Part shown: positions 10,855-20,093 of the stretch, one piece after another | Layout of the letters: each line of letters starts with the position of its first letter | Numbering within the stretch: position 1 is the first letter of the stretch | Assembly (NCBI GenBank): GCA_963767035.1 | Contig: CAVYBW010000001.1 | Span: 2,310,547-2,374,546 of the forward strand | Reading direction: 5' to 3' | DNA: 64,000 nt | From: an uncultured Chloroflexia bacterium | Lineage (GTDB): Bacteria; Chloroflexota; Chloroflexia; Chloroflexales; Herpetosiphonaceae | Translations under genes and position numbers: made by a program | Notes under the pieces: model-generated | The model's database searches: none | What the model saw: only the letters and a program-made list of their open reading frames with translations | What the model was told of the DNA's origin: nothing

Positions 10855-11406
10855 ATGACCAATGAGCAGGAGTTAAGTTTTGACGAACTATACACAACTC
10901 ATTTCAAAGCGATCTACAACTATGTTTACTATCGCGTCCATAACACAGCGGTTGCCGATGATCTGACGGCGCAGATTTTTGAGCGGGCTTTGCGCCATTG
11001 TGACCAATATCAACCAGCGAAAGCGCCATTCGTGGTTTGGTTGTTCACGATTGCGCGGCGGGTTGTGCAATCGCACATGCGGCGGCAACGTTTGATCCAA
11101 TGGCTGCCGCTTGATAGCTTGCGCGAATCACACAACCAGCATAATCCAGAAACCGTCGTGTTAGCCCAAATCGAACAGCAATCGGTCTTAGATGCACTGC
11201 GCCAGTTAAGCCAACGTGAACAAGACATCATCACGCTTAAGTTTGTGGCGGGGCTTACCAATCGCCAGATTGCCCAAATTAGTAGCTTGAGCGAATCGAA
11301 TGTTGGCACAATCGTCGCCCGAACCTTGCTCAAATTACGTCGGTCACTCAGCCAGGCTCAAGGAGTAACCAATGTCGAAACCACTAGCCCAACCTGGTCA
11401 CACTGA
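10855..11406 (+). CDS. ECF-subfamily RNA polymerase sigma factor
   Basis: Sigma-70 region 2 and region 4 (NRQIAQISSLSESNVGTIVARTL) motifs. Confidence 0.8.
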   Translation: MTNEQELSFDELYTTHFKAIYNYVYYRVHNTAVADDLTAQIFERALRHCDQYQPAKAPFVVWLFTIARRVVQSHMRRQRLIQWLPLDSLRESHNQHNPETVVLAQIEQQSVLDALRQLSQREQDIITLKFVAGLTNRQIAQISSLSESNVGTIVARTLLKLRRSLSQAQGVTNVETTSPTWSH

Positions 11407-12196
11407 TAGCGGCTTAATTGCCGAAGAAACTGTGCTGAAGCTCTTGACCGAAAACAATCCTTCGGAGCAGAGTGCAATTTACCATTCTTTACGTCAGCGT
11501 TTGCTGCAACAACAGCAGCATAAGGAGATTAAACCCATGCGTTCACCACGTTTTGCTTTGATGATTGGCTGTGCATTGGTGGCGCTGCTTGCGCTTACCC
11601 CGGTTCGTAGCAGTTTGGCGGCGGTGCTGCAACAATTTGGCTTGATTCGGGTTACCGATGAACCAACCTCAGGCCAACAAGTCCAAGGCCAACAAGTGCC
11701 CGCCTACAATCCAGGCTTGCCAGAACCAACCAGCATACCATTCAACACCGTCGCCAGCGTCGAAACCCTATCAAGCCAGATGGGCAGCCATGTCTATGCT
11801 GCCACCAGCGTTCCGGCGGGCTATCAACTTTTGGAGCGCCATCTGAACGTTGGAACAATCGGCTCGACCGTGATTAGCTATTATGCTAACGAACAAGATA
11901 CGACCGATACCGATCAAGCGATGATCAGCCTGAGCCAAACCCATCAGACCCAAGCCAATTCGCAAGCATACGATTTTGCGATTGGTTCAGCTCCCACCAC
12001 ACCCATCCAAGTGCGCGGAGTCAGCGGGCTGTGGATTGAGCAAGCACCATTGTTGTTGGCCGACGATGGCACTGGCCATTTCACAACCCTGGGGGTCAAC
12101 GTTTTGGTTTGGAACGATGGAGCCAACAGCTTCCGCCTCGAAAGCAATCGTTTGGATTTAGCAGCAATGCAAGCCTTCGCTGAATCGCTTCAATAA
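11372..12196 (+). CDS. Putative membrane-anchored anti-sigma factor; overlaps the sigma gene by 35 nt
   Basis: AAGGAG RBS; single TM (FALMIGCALVALLAL); position downstream of the ECF sigma. Confidence 0.55.
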   Translation: MSKPLAQPGHTDSGLIAEETVLKLLTENNPSEQSAIYHSLRQRLLQQQQHKEIKPMRSPRFALMIGCALVALLALTPVRSSLAAVLQQFGLIRVTDEPTSGQQVQGQQVPAYNPGLPEPTSIPFNTVASVETLSSQMGSHVYAATSVPAGYQLLERHLNVGTIGSTVISYYANEQDTTDTDQAMISLSQTHQTQANSQAYDFAIGSAPTTPIQVRGVSGLWIEQAPLLLADDGTGHFTTLGVNVLVWNDGANSFRLESNRLDLAAMQAFAESLQ

Positions 12197-12218
12197 ACCG
12201 AGCGTCAATAAAACTCAA

Positions 12219-12249
12219 GCCCAACCCAAATGTAAATTTTGGGTTGGGC
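12219..12249. terminator. Bidirectional terminator hairpin between convergent genes
   Basis: GCCCAACCCAAA-TGTAAA-TTTGGGTTGGGC perfect 12-bp stem. Confidence 0.55.
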
Positions 12250-12272
12250 CTATTCGGATCTAGAACAACAGT

Positions 12273-13049
12273 TTAGGTTGTAATTGTTGGTAGCTCACTG
12301 ATGATTAAATTGCGAATTTCTAGGGCTTGGGCTTGGTGGGCCAGCACACCGCCGCGCACAATGCCGCGCAGTGAAACTTGGGCATATTGGTTATCAAGCC
12401 AGAGAATCAAGCCTAATCTGGTTGTTGGCAAATTGTGCGTTTTGAGCACCAATTGCTGATCAAGCCAAAACTCCACCCGATCAACATACCAATCGATTTG
12501 ATAGTGTTGCCAACGATTCCAGCGCAGATTAATTGGCTGGCTGCGCACGCCCAAGGCCAGTTGCAGCAAGGGCAAACAACACCGCTCACGCAACCAGCTG
12601 TTTTGGCTCAGCAATAAGCCCAACGGAGCCAGCGGCAACAAGGCCAAACACAAGACCAAGCGCGGCACAAAGCTCATTGCCAGCCAACCATTGCTCGCGC
12701 CATTGGCAGTTAATTCGAGCTTGCTGGCCGCACTAGCATAGAAAAACCACAACGCTTGCGGCAAGGCCAAGCGCCGCAAGCCAGTGCCAGCAGGGTCATT
12801 CCACCAACCAAAGCCTGCCGTGCCCACAAAATGCTGAGGATCGCCACAAAATCGCGCCTCGAGTTGCAGCCGCACTGGCGCATGCCAACGTAAATCGGCA
12901 GCAACATAATCATCCAATTGCGCATCGCTATAAACTATGCGATCATGCTGATTAAGGGCGAGCCGCACGCCATCAACAATTGGCTGAATTTCGGCATGAT
13001 TGGGTGTCCACGCATGCCAACGCCGCCCCCAAAACGAGCGAAAAGTCAT
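12273..13049 (-). CDS. Hypothetical protein
   Basis: Long ORF; internal ATG at 13049 with AGGAG RBS preferred over the TTG at 13070. Confidence 0.5.
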   Translation of the reverse strand: MTFRSFWGRRWHAWTPNHAEIQPIVDGVRLALNQHDRIVYSDAQLDDYVAADLRWHAPVRLQLEARFCGDPQHFVGTAGFGWWNDPAGTGLRRLALPQALWFFYASAASKLELTANGASNGWLAMSFVPRLVLCLALLPLAPLGLLLSQNSWLRERCCLPLLQLALGVRSQPINLRWNRWQHYQIDWYVDRVEFWLDQQLVLKTHNLPTTRLGLILWLDNQYAQVSLRGIVRGGVLAHQAQALEIRNLIISELPTITT

Positions 13050-13061
13050 TAGGAGACTCCT

Positions 13062-13448
13062 ATGTCGCAAGCCTTGTTAATTTTTGATGGAACCTGCGAT
13101 TTTTGCACCCGCGCCGCCCGTTGGGTCAAACAGCTCGATCGTCAGCAACGGATTCGGATTGAGCCGTTTCAAAAGCCTGGCGTGCCCGAATCGGTTGGCT
13201 TAACCTATGCTCAATGCGAGCAAGCAGCGTGGCTGCAAACCAGCGAGGGAAAATTATGGCGCGGAGCTGGGTCGATTAATGCAGCGCTGAGCATTGCTAC
13301 GGGCAATGGTTTGCTTCTGAGTTTATATCAAATGTGGGGTATTCGCCAGCTTCAGGATGGCGTGTACAAACTGATTGTCAAACATCGCCATCGCATTCCA
13401 GGCGATACGCCGCATTGCCAACAATTCCCTGCCGATTGCCCGCGCTAA
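13062..13448 (+). CDS. DCC-family thiol-disulfide oxidoreductase (DUF393)
   Basis: N-terminal FDGTCDFC motif; AGGAG RBS 6 nt upstream. Confidence 0.75.
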   Translation: MSQALLIFDGTCDFCTRAARWVKQLDRQQRIRIEPFQKPGVPESVGLTYAQCEQAAWLQTSEGKLWRGAGSINAALSIATGNGLLLSLYQMWGIRQLQDGVYKLIVKHRHRIPGDTPHCQQFPADCPR

Positions 13449-13939
13449 GCTATGGCCAACTGTTCGAGCAGCCATTCGAAGGCCCGGGTAGCCGAAGCCT
13501 GTTTATTGCCCAAACGATCGTAGGGCCAAATATGCTGCTCGACCAAGCCTTGATTGGGCAAGTACAACCCTAAATAGACTAAGCCGACTGGTTTTTCGGC
13601 GCTGCCGCCACCTGGCCCAGCAATGCCAGTCGTGCTTATGCCAACCGTTGCCCCAAGCGCTTGCGCCGTGCCTTGGGCCATTGCTAAGGCGGTTTCAGCG
13701 CTCACCGCGCCGACGGTCGCTAGGGTTGAATTTGGCACATGCAAAAGCTGTTCTTTGGCGCTATTGGCATAGGCAATGATGCCACCCAAATACACCAGCG
13801 AACTTCCAGCAATATTGGTCAGCCAATCGCCCAACAAGCCGCCAGTACACGATTCGGCAGTGGCAAGCGTCCATTGGCGTTGTGCTAAAGCCGTAATTAC
13901 TGCTTGGGCTAAGGCTTGCGACATCGATTTATCCCTCAA
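13445..13939 (-). CDS. CinA C-terminal domain protein / nicotinamide-nucleotide amidohydrolase (PncC-like)
   Basis: TLATAESCTGGLL motif typical of the CinA C-terminal domain. Confidence 0.8.
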   Translation of the reverse strand: MRDKSMSQALAQAVITALAQRQWTLATAESCTGGLLGDWLTNIAGSSLVYLGGIIAYANSAKEQLLHVPNSTLATVGAVSAETALAMAQGTAQALGATVGISTTGIAGPGGGSAEKPVGLVYLGLYLPNQGLVEQHIWPYDRLGNKQASATRAFEWLLEQLAIA

Positions 13940-14085
13940 CGGCGTTTACTGAGCAAACCAAACGCCGATAAGCCCAAATAAATAACTGTGCCAATAATCA
14001 AGAGTTTAAAGCCTACTTTGAGCACTAGCCCAAGAACCCACAAGGCCACCAAGGCCAATACAATCCAACCAATTAAACGGGTCAT
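13936..14085 (-). CDS. Small membrane protein (about 49 aa, two TM segments)
   Basis: AAGGAG RBS; hydrophobic sequence; stop overlaps the upstream gene start. Confidence 0.4.
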   Translation of the reverse strand: MTRLIGWIVLALVALWVLGLVLKVGFKLLIIGTVIYLGLSAFGLLSKRR

Positions 14086-14167
14086 CATCGGCTCCTTACT
14101 AGCATAAACCAAGGTCTCAAGTGGCGGCGATTTCTGCTTTGGTAAATGAATGGAACGCCAACACCGT

Positions 14168-14446
14168 CTAGGATAAGCCAATATCCCAGGTTGCAGCAAT
14201 TTCTTCTTTGGTAAATGAACGGAAGGCTAAAACCGTCGAGGTGCGCACAATCCCCTTGAGGCTACCAATTTGGTCGGGCACAGTTTTGGCCAGTTGGTCA
14301 TAATCGGCCAAACGCACAATCGCGATAATATCCCATTCGCCAGTGACCGAATAGACCTCAGCCACACCTTCAATCGCAGTTAAGCCAGCCGCTACGCCAT
14401 TGGCGGCGCTTGGCTCAGTTTGAATATGCACAAATGCGGTGATCAT
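14168..14446 (-). CDS. Stand-alone Lrp/AsnC ligand-binding (RAM) domain protein
   Basis: 'VTGEWDIIAIVRLADYDQL...IVRTSTVL' matches the AsnC C-terminal domain; no HTH present. Confidence 0.65.
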   Translation of the reverse strand: MITAFVHIQTEPSAANGVAAGLTAIEGVAEVYSVTGEWDIIAIVRLADYDQLAKTVPDQIGSLKGIVRTSTVLAFRSFTKEEIAATWDIGLS

Positions 14447-14537
14447 CGCTGGTTCCTCGCCATAGCATCCAAAAATTCAGGCTTATTTTAACATATTCGC
14501 CAAGGTGCTGGCTTATGAGGGTTGATCGGTTAATAAT

Positions 14538-14746
14538 CCCTCACCACAACCCTGCTACCATGGTGCGAGCGAGGGGCTTTTTGTTGCGTAGTTTTGCCGT
14601 GATGCGTGAGACCAAGCGACATGTAACTCCCCCTGGCCGAGCAGGCGAGAGAGGGGTCTGGGGGTGAGGGAACGCTCAACCTTTGCCCATCCACCATACC
14701 ATCCTTGTGCGGCCTGCTCGGCGGGAGAGGGGCTGGGGGTCAGCGG
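14538..14746. repeat. Cluster of GC-rich hairpin repeat units (same family)
   Basis: CCTCACC...GCGAGGGGC and GGGGTCTGGGGGTGAGGGAAC units. Confidence 0.65.
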
Positions 14747-14939
14747 ACACTCCAATTTTCCTCATGATTCCTGCTTCGTACTTCATGCTTGATTATTTCG
14801 GGTGCGACTTTCAAAAAACGATAAAATATAGTAGGATTAGCACAACCGCGCAATGCGTCAAAAAGGGCGACTTTTTAAGCTTTTGACAGGCTGCCCACGC
14901 TCCTCTATCATGAGGATATTAATTTTTTAGCCATCGAGC

Positions 14940-15188
14940 ATGTGGTGTGGATGGGATATCATGGATTCGCAGCAACAGTTCGCCGCTGCCTCGCATTTGA
15001 CTGCTGATAATTTGCGTAGTATTGCGCATTCGATCTCAATCAGTCAGGTGTCGCGGTTGTCGTTGCCAGAGATCGATGCCGTTGTTGACCAAATCTCGCG
15101 GGTGGTGCCTGCTGGCAACGTGCCCGGGGTGATTTTAAGCGGTTTAGCCAAGTTTAACGGGCCGTCGGCCAGCAGGCAATGTAATTAA
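14940..15188 (+). CDS. Small hypothetical protein (74-82 aa) immediately upstream of the 721-aa gene
   Basis: ORF ends 8 nt before the next gene; no recognisable domain. Confidence 0.3.
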   Translation: MWCGWDIMDSQQQFAAASHLTADNLRSIAHSISISQVSRLSLPEIDAVVDQISRVVPAGNVPGVILSGLAKFNGPSASRQCN

Positions 15189-15195
15189 ACGTGAT

Positions 15196-17361
15196 GTGAA
15201 TCTCATGTTTCGCGGAGTTGAGCAAGCGCTTGATAAAGCGGTGTTTAGCACCTTCTTTGCTGGGCCAGCCGCAGTTATTTGGGGTTACCAAAAGCTGTTG
15301 GAGTTGGCAGGCAAAGATCCCCAAGATGCGTTTCCTGAAGGCACATGGCAATTTTATGTTGGCTATGCCTTGCGTGAGGATACTGCCCGCCACGCCAACG
15401 AAACTGTCGGCTTCGACGAAACACTGAACGATCATAAAATCAATTTGCCGCCGATCGACCGCATGACTGCTTGGGTCATGGCGGCAATTCATCTTCTCCA
15501 CAGTTACCCCGAATTGCTTGAAAATGAATGGCGCGAGCGGGTTTCGTTGGCCTTGCTGCGCGATCTGACCAAGGTTAATCCAGAAACCCGCCAATTTGCC
15601 GACCTCTACAGTCAATGGGAACGCCAACGCCCCTATGGCCGTGGCCCCGATGTGCAATCGCAGGAAACCTACGCTATCTATCGCAAACGTAAATTCGATG
15701 AATTTATGGCCGAATCAACCCGTGAATTGCCGAAAGAGCTGCGCGAACGCTGGGGCAAGCAGTTTCAACGCGCTCGTGAAATTGCGCTGCCAGCCTATCA
15801 ACGCCAAATGTCGTTGGCAGCATACCTCGATCCAACGCCCTATAACGAAAATATGGTGGCCTTGCCACGCCAAAGTTGGCATATTGGTTTAATCTGGCGC
15901 GGCCATTATTATTTGATTCCGGCCTGCGCCCCCAATAGCACGCGACCCAACGATGTGAGCAATGTGCGGAGCCAAATTGCCGCGTTGTTGGCAAGCCCCG
16001 CCAATCATGCCCCAACCTCGTTAATTCCCTTGGCAACCACCAAACGGGCAAGTTTGCCAAGCATTTTGGGCAAGCTGCGCCCCGAAACCAGCCAACAACT
16101 CGAAGCATTGCGTTGTGCCCCAATTTGGTTTAACGCCGATGGCCGACCACGCCATTTGCCTTTGGCCGAATTGCGCCTAACCGAACGGGCGCTTGGCGAC
16201 CACGGCTTAACCTTGATCGATACTGGCTCAAGTATGGTCTTTGATCAATCGCATATTTTCTTTGATGGTGCGTGGGGTTCAGCCGTCGCCGAAATTATGA
16301 CACTCGAAGCCTTGGCGTGGGCGGTCTATTTGCGTGGGCAACCGGCTCCAGTTGCGGGTACGGTGCGCCCATATGCCCCCAATATTGAGCTAAACGACGA
16401 GGAAAAACAAATCATCGCCGATAGCCCCAAGATTGTGGCCGAAGCCAGCGCCGAATCAATTGGGCTTGATCTGAAGAAGATTTTGGATTTACGCAAGTTG
16501 TTCAAGCAGCGTAACGACCAAATTCGGATCACGGTCAATGATATATTGGTGCTTTATCGCGCGATTCATGCGGTTTCCTACAAGCCCAATCCTGAGTTGC
16601 AAGTTTCGTTGCAAGAAGCCGCAAACGATGCCAATCTCAAAGCGGCGGTTGAAGCAACCATTACAGCCTTTGAAGAATCGCTCAGCAATCCCGCGATTTT
16701 AATTCCAGTTGATGGCAGCATTCCCAATCCCAGCGATCGCCTGCATCCCATGACTTTCGAGGTTCCACTGGAAGAACTTGAGATCAACAAATTGCATGAA
16801 CGGGCGTTGAGTTTACTTGATCAAGCTCGTCAAGAGTGGCGCGCCGAAGTTTGGGATACCTTTGAAGCCACCCAAAAGCATTATTTGGCCACGATTGCTG
16901 GCTTTGGCGAAGTTTCAGCTCGCGCCAAAGATATTGCCCAATCAGGTGAAAGCACTTCGTCTGGAGCTTTGCGCTTGTTGGCGCACGTACCGATGGCCTT
17001 ACAACGCTTGCTCGATGCGATTCCAGGCAAGTTCGACGTGCTCAACGATTTGATCAAAGGCCGCGAGGTGCTTTCAAATGTTGGCGCTGTCGCCGATACC
17101 AGCTCCCTGTCACGCTTTATCACCGCCAAAGACGATAACGAAAAGAAAACTTTGGCTTGGGGTGTGATTACCGATGCCAACGGCGTGATGCACGTTTCGC
17201 TGCGCGACTTCCGACCGCATGTTGGCTTGTTTGTGCAGGCTGGGCGGCGCGATTTGGCGCGGCGGATTGCCAATGATTACCTTGAAAGCTACGTCAATGG
17301 GCTTAATCGCTTTATCAGCGAACTGACCAAAATCACCCAAGGCCGCCATAGTCGCCAATGA
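15196..17361 (+). CDS. Large hypothetical protein (721 aa), no recognisable domain; GTG start at 15196 or ATG at 15205
   Basis: Long uninterrupted ORF with normal codon usage; directly upstream of the tandem kinase. Confidence 0.6.
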   Translation: MNLMFRGVEQALDKAVFSTFFAGPAAVIWGYQKLLELAGKDPQDAFPEGTWQFYVGYALREDTARHANETVGFDETLNDHKINLPPIDRMTAWVMAAIHLLHSYPELLENEWRERVSLALLRDLTKVNPETRQFADLYSQWERQRPYGRGPDVQSQETYAIYRKRKFDEFMAESTRELPKELRERWGKQFQRAREIALPAYQRQMSLAAYLDPTPYNENMVALPRQSWHIGLIWRGHYYLIPACAPNSTRPNDVSNVRSQIAALLASPANHAPTSLIPLATTKRASLPSILGKLRPETSQQLEALRCAPIWFNADGRPRHLPLAELRLTERALGDHGLTLIDTGSSMVFDQSHIFFDGAWGSAVAEIMTLEALAWAVYLRGQPAPVAGTVRPYAPNIELNDEEKQIIADSPKIVAEASAESIGLDLKKILDLRKLFKQRNDQIRITVNDILVLYRAIHAVSYKPNPELQVSLQEAANDANLKAAVEATITAFEESLSNPAILIPVDGSIPNPSDRLHPMTFEVPLEELEINKLHERALSLLDQARQEWRAEVWDTFEATQKHYLATIAGFGEVSARAKDIAQSGESTSSGALRLLAHVPMALQRLLDAIPGKFDVLNDLIKGREVLSNVGAVADTSSLSRFITAKDDNEKKTLAWGVITDANGVMHVSLRDFRPHVGLFVQAGRRDLARRIANDYLESYVNGLNRFISELTKITQGRHSRQ

Positions 17362-17462
17362 TGTGGCTACGAGCTGCGGGCTATTGGCTGAAATAATGAG
17401 CATCATTACAACACAATCAACGCTGGGTGTGACAATCAATGGCATAGTAGTAGGTTACCCTG

Positions 17463-17488
17463 TAGCCTATAGCCTATAGCCTATAGCC
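17463..17488. repeat. 7-bp tandem repeat (TAGCCTA) x about 3.7, ending 11 nt upstream of the kinase start codon
   Basis: Read directly: tagcctatagcctatagcctatagcc. Confidence 0.8.
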
Positions 17489-17499
17489 AAGATACTACT

Positions 17500-19722
17500 A
17501 TGACTGATGATCTGCTAGGAAAACAACTCGCCAATTTTCGCATCGACCGAGTTCTAGGCCGTGGTGGCATGGGCTTGATCTACGTCGGCCACGATATCAA
17601 ACTTGATCGGCCTGTGGCGATCAAGGTGATCGATGGGCGCTATCGTCAAGTGCCAAGCTATGCCGAGCGCTTTGTGCGCGAAGCCCGCGCCATCGCTACT
17701 TGGCGGCACGAGAATATCGTTCAGATCTACTACGCCGACGATACCAATAATCTCTATTATTTTGTAATGGAGTATATCGATGGCGTTGATCTTTCCAAAG
17801 TTTTAGCCCAATACACCAGCACTAGTAGCCTCTTGCCGCATAGCGCCGTGATCCATATTGCCCGTAGTTTGGCTAGTGCGCTCGATTATGCCCACAAAAA
17901 GGGCGTGATTCACCGCGACATCAAGCCATCAAATGTGATGGTGGCCCACGATCAGCGGGTGGTGTTGATGGATTTTGGCTTGGCGCTCGATACCCAGCTT
18001 GGCTCGCAGGGCGAAGTGTTTGGCACGGCCCACTACATCGCGCCTGAACAGGCTCGCCGCTCTGCCGATGCAATTCCGCAATCAGATTTATATGCTTTAG
18101 GCGTGATGTTGTATGAATTATTAACTGGCTCGGTGCCATTTGATGATCCATCGGCAACCAGCGTGGCTTTACAACATATCACCCAGCCACCGCCAGCGCC
18201 CCAAGAGAAAAACCCCAAACTCAATGATGCCACGGCAGCGGTGCTGGTCAAAGCGCTAGCCAAAGCGCCAGCTGATCGTTTTCAAACCGGTGCCGAGCTG
18301 ATGGCGGCTTTAGAACAAGCTTTGGAGGTTACAGGTAGTCATCAAATTGCGGCGAATGCCAATGTTGCGCCTGGTGTACGGCCACCATCACAGCCTGGAG
18401 CATTAGGCTTTGCCACCTTCGACCCCGAAAAACCCTTGGAAGGCCAATATCTCGATGGCTATCGGGTTGAATCGTTGCTCGGTCGCGGCGGGATGGCCAA
18501 CATCTTCCGTGGAGTCGATGTGCGGCTCAATCGCACGGTGGCGATCAAAGTTATCGATACGCCATTCCGCAACGATCAAAGCTATGCCGAACGTTTCAAC
18601 CGCGAAGCCCAAGCGATTGCCCAGCTCGAACATCCCAATATTGTGCGGCTCTATCACTATGGCGATTCCTATGGCCTGTTGTATATGGTGATGGAATATA
18701 TCGAAGGCCAAAATCTGCACAAAGTGATCGAGCAGGTACGCACCAGCGCCCAAGAATGGACACCGCGCACGCTGTGCCGCATGATTCGCGAAATCTGTGC
18801 AGCGTTGGATTATGCACATAGCAAGGGCGTAATCCATCGCGATGTCAAACCATCGAATATTATGATCAACAAAGATGGTCGGGCAATTTTGGCCGATTTT
18901 GGCTTGGCCTTGTTGACCGAGGTTGGCACCCGTGGTGAGATTTTTGGCTCGCCGCATTATGTGGCACCGGAGCAGGCAATCTCATCGGCCAAGGTTGTGC
19001 CTCAAACCGATCTCTACAGTTTGGGCGTGATTTTATATGAGCTTTGGACGGGTCAAGTGCCGTTTGACGATGCTGATCCGTTGGCAATTGCCATGTTGCA
19101 TATGGCCGAGCCACCCAAAGCGCCACGCTCGATCAATCCGGCTATTTCGGCCCAACTTGAGGCTGTGATTCTCAAAATGTTGGCCAAAGATCCTGCCGAA
19201 CGCTTTCCGACTGGGGTTGATTTGGCTGAAGCGTTGGAAGCAGCGCTGGGCATTTCATCGACTGGCACAGGCGAATATGTACGTAGCCAAATCACGCCAG
19301 TGCTTGATCAAGCAGTTAATGCGCCAAGTGCGCCAGCGATTTCAACTCCAACGCCAGTGGTTATCGCAACTGAGCCAACCTCACCTAAAACTGCCAGCCA
19401 GCCAATTTCCAACGTATTGCCAGCAGAGTCGTTACCAACCCCGCCAACACCTGCAAACAAATACGAGAAAGCGCCTTCTGAGCCAACCAAACGGCGGGTG
19501 CAGCCATTGCCGCCAACGCCAGCCGCCGTCGCCAAAGCTCCCGAGCCAACCAGCGCGCCGACGCTGCCCATGCCACCAGCCGATAACACTATTCGCGAAG
19601 CGCCAGCCCCGCGTTTGTATACCAATCGGCAACAACGCAGCAGCCTTTTGATGATGCTGCTTGGTGTGATTGCGCTGATCTTTTTTATCGTGCTGATCTG
19701 GCAACTAGCCAACATGATCTAA
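17500..19722 (+). CDS. Ser/Thr protein kinase with two complete tandem catalytic domains, a Pro-rich linker and a C-terminal TM anchor
   Basis: Both domains carry GRGGM glycine loop, VAIK, HRDxKPSN, DFG, APE. Confidence 0.85.
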   Translation: MTDDLLGKQLANFRIDRVLGRGGMGLIYVGHDIKLDRPVAIKVIDGRYRQVPSYAERFVREARAIATWRHENIVQIYYADDTNNLYYFVMEYIDGVDLSKVLAQYTSTSSLLPHSAVIHIARSLASALDYAHKKGVIHRDIKPSNVMVAHDQRVVLMDFGLALDTQLGSQGEVFGTAHYIAPEQARRSADAIPQSDLYALGVMLYELLTGSVPFDDPSATSVALQHITQPPPAPQEKNPKLNDATAAVLVKALAKAPADRFQTGAELMAALEQALEVTGSHQIAANANVAPGVRPPSQPGALGFATFDPEKPLEGQYLDGYRVESLLGRGGMANIFRGVDVRLNRTVAIKVIDTPFRNDQSYAERFNREAQAIAQLEHPNIVRLYHYGDSYGLLYMVMEYIEGQNLHKVIEQVRTSAQEWTPRTLCRMIREICAALDYAHSKGVIHRDVKPSNIMINKDGRAILADFGLALLTEVGTRGEIFGSPHYVAPEQAISSAKVVPQTDLYSLGVILYELWTGQVPFDDADPLAIAMLHMAEPPKAPRSINPAISAQLEAVILKMLAKDPAERFPTGVDLAEALEAALGISSTGTGEYVRSQITPVLDQAVNAPSAPAISTPTPVVIATEPTSPKTASQPISNVLPAESLPTPPTPANKYEKAPSEPTKRRVQPLPPTPAAVAKAPEPTSAPTLPMPPADNTIREAPAPRLYTNRQQRSSLLMMLLGVIALIFFIVLIWQLANMI

Positions 19723-19729
19723 TGTGTAT

Positions 19730-19937
19730 CCTCAACCTCCAACCCTCTCGCCTCACAAGGGTTGGTTTTTAACAATGGACTGGTGGATGGGCAACGTTTT
19801 TGCGTTCCCTCACCCCCTCACCCCCTCTCCCGCACACGAGGCGAGGGGGAACCGATTGCGACATCCCATGAAGCAACAAAACCACGGCGTTAAGCCCCTC
19901 TCTCGTGGCGCGGAAGAGGGGTTGGGGTGAGGGAACG
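19730..19937. repeat. Cluster of GC-rich hairpin repeat units (same family)
   Basis: CCCTCACCCCCTCACCCCCTCTCCCGCACACGAGGCGAGGGGG; AGCCCCTCTCTCGTGGCGCGGAAGAGGGGTTGGGGTGAGGGAAC. Confidence 0.65.
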
Positions 19938-20093
19938 CAAAACCCTGTTGCTCCCGCCCAAAATTGTGGAACGAATCAGGCTGTTAACTCCTAGCCTACA
20001 ATCCAAGTCCAATCGAGAACTGATGGACAGAATTCATTGCAGCCGTACAATTGCATTGATCGATTTTGATCCATCAATGTGGATGAGGTAGCT

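Noticed and set aside
19217-19715. Overlapping ORFs (144 aa plus-strand, 135 aa minus-strand) within the kinase 3' region
   Set aside because: They lie in the Pro/Ala-rich linker-coding region of the kinase gene; alternative-frame artefacts.
14940-19722. Lanthipeptide or RiPP cluster (precursor + modification enzyme + kinase)
   Set aside because: No LanB/LanC/LanKC lyase or cyclase motifs recognised in the 721-aa protein; the kinase is a Hanks-type STK with TM anchor. Retained only as a generic linked-unit finding.
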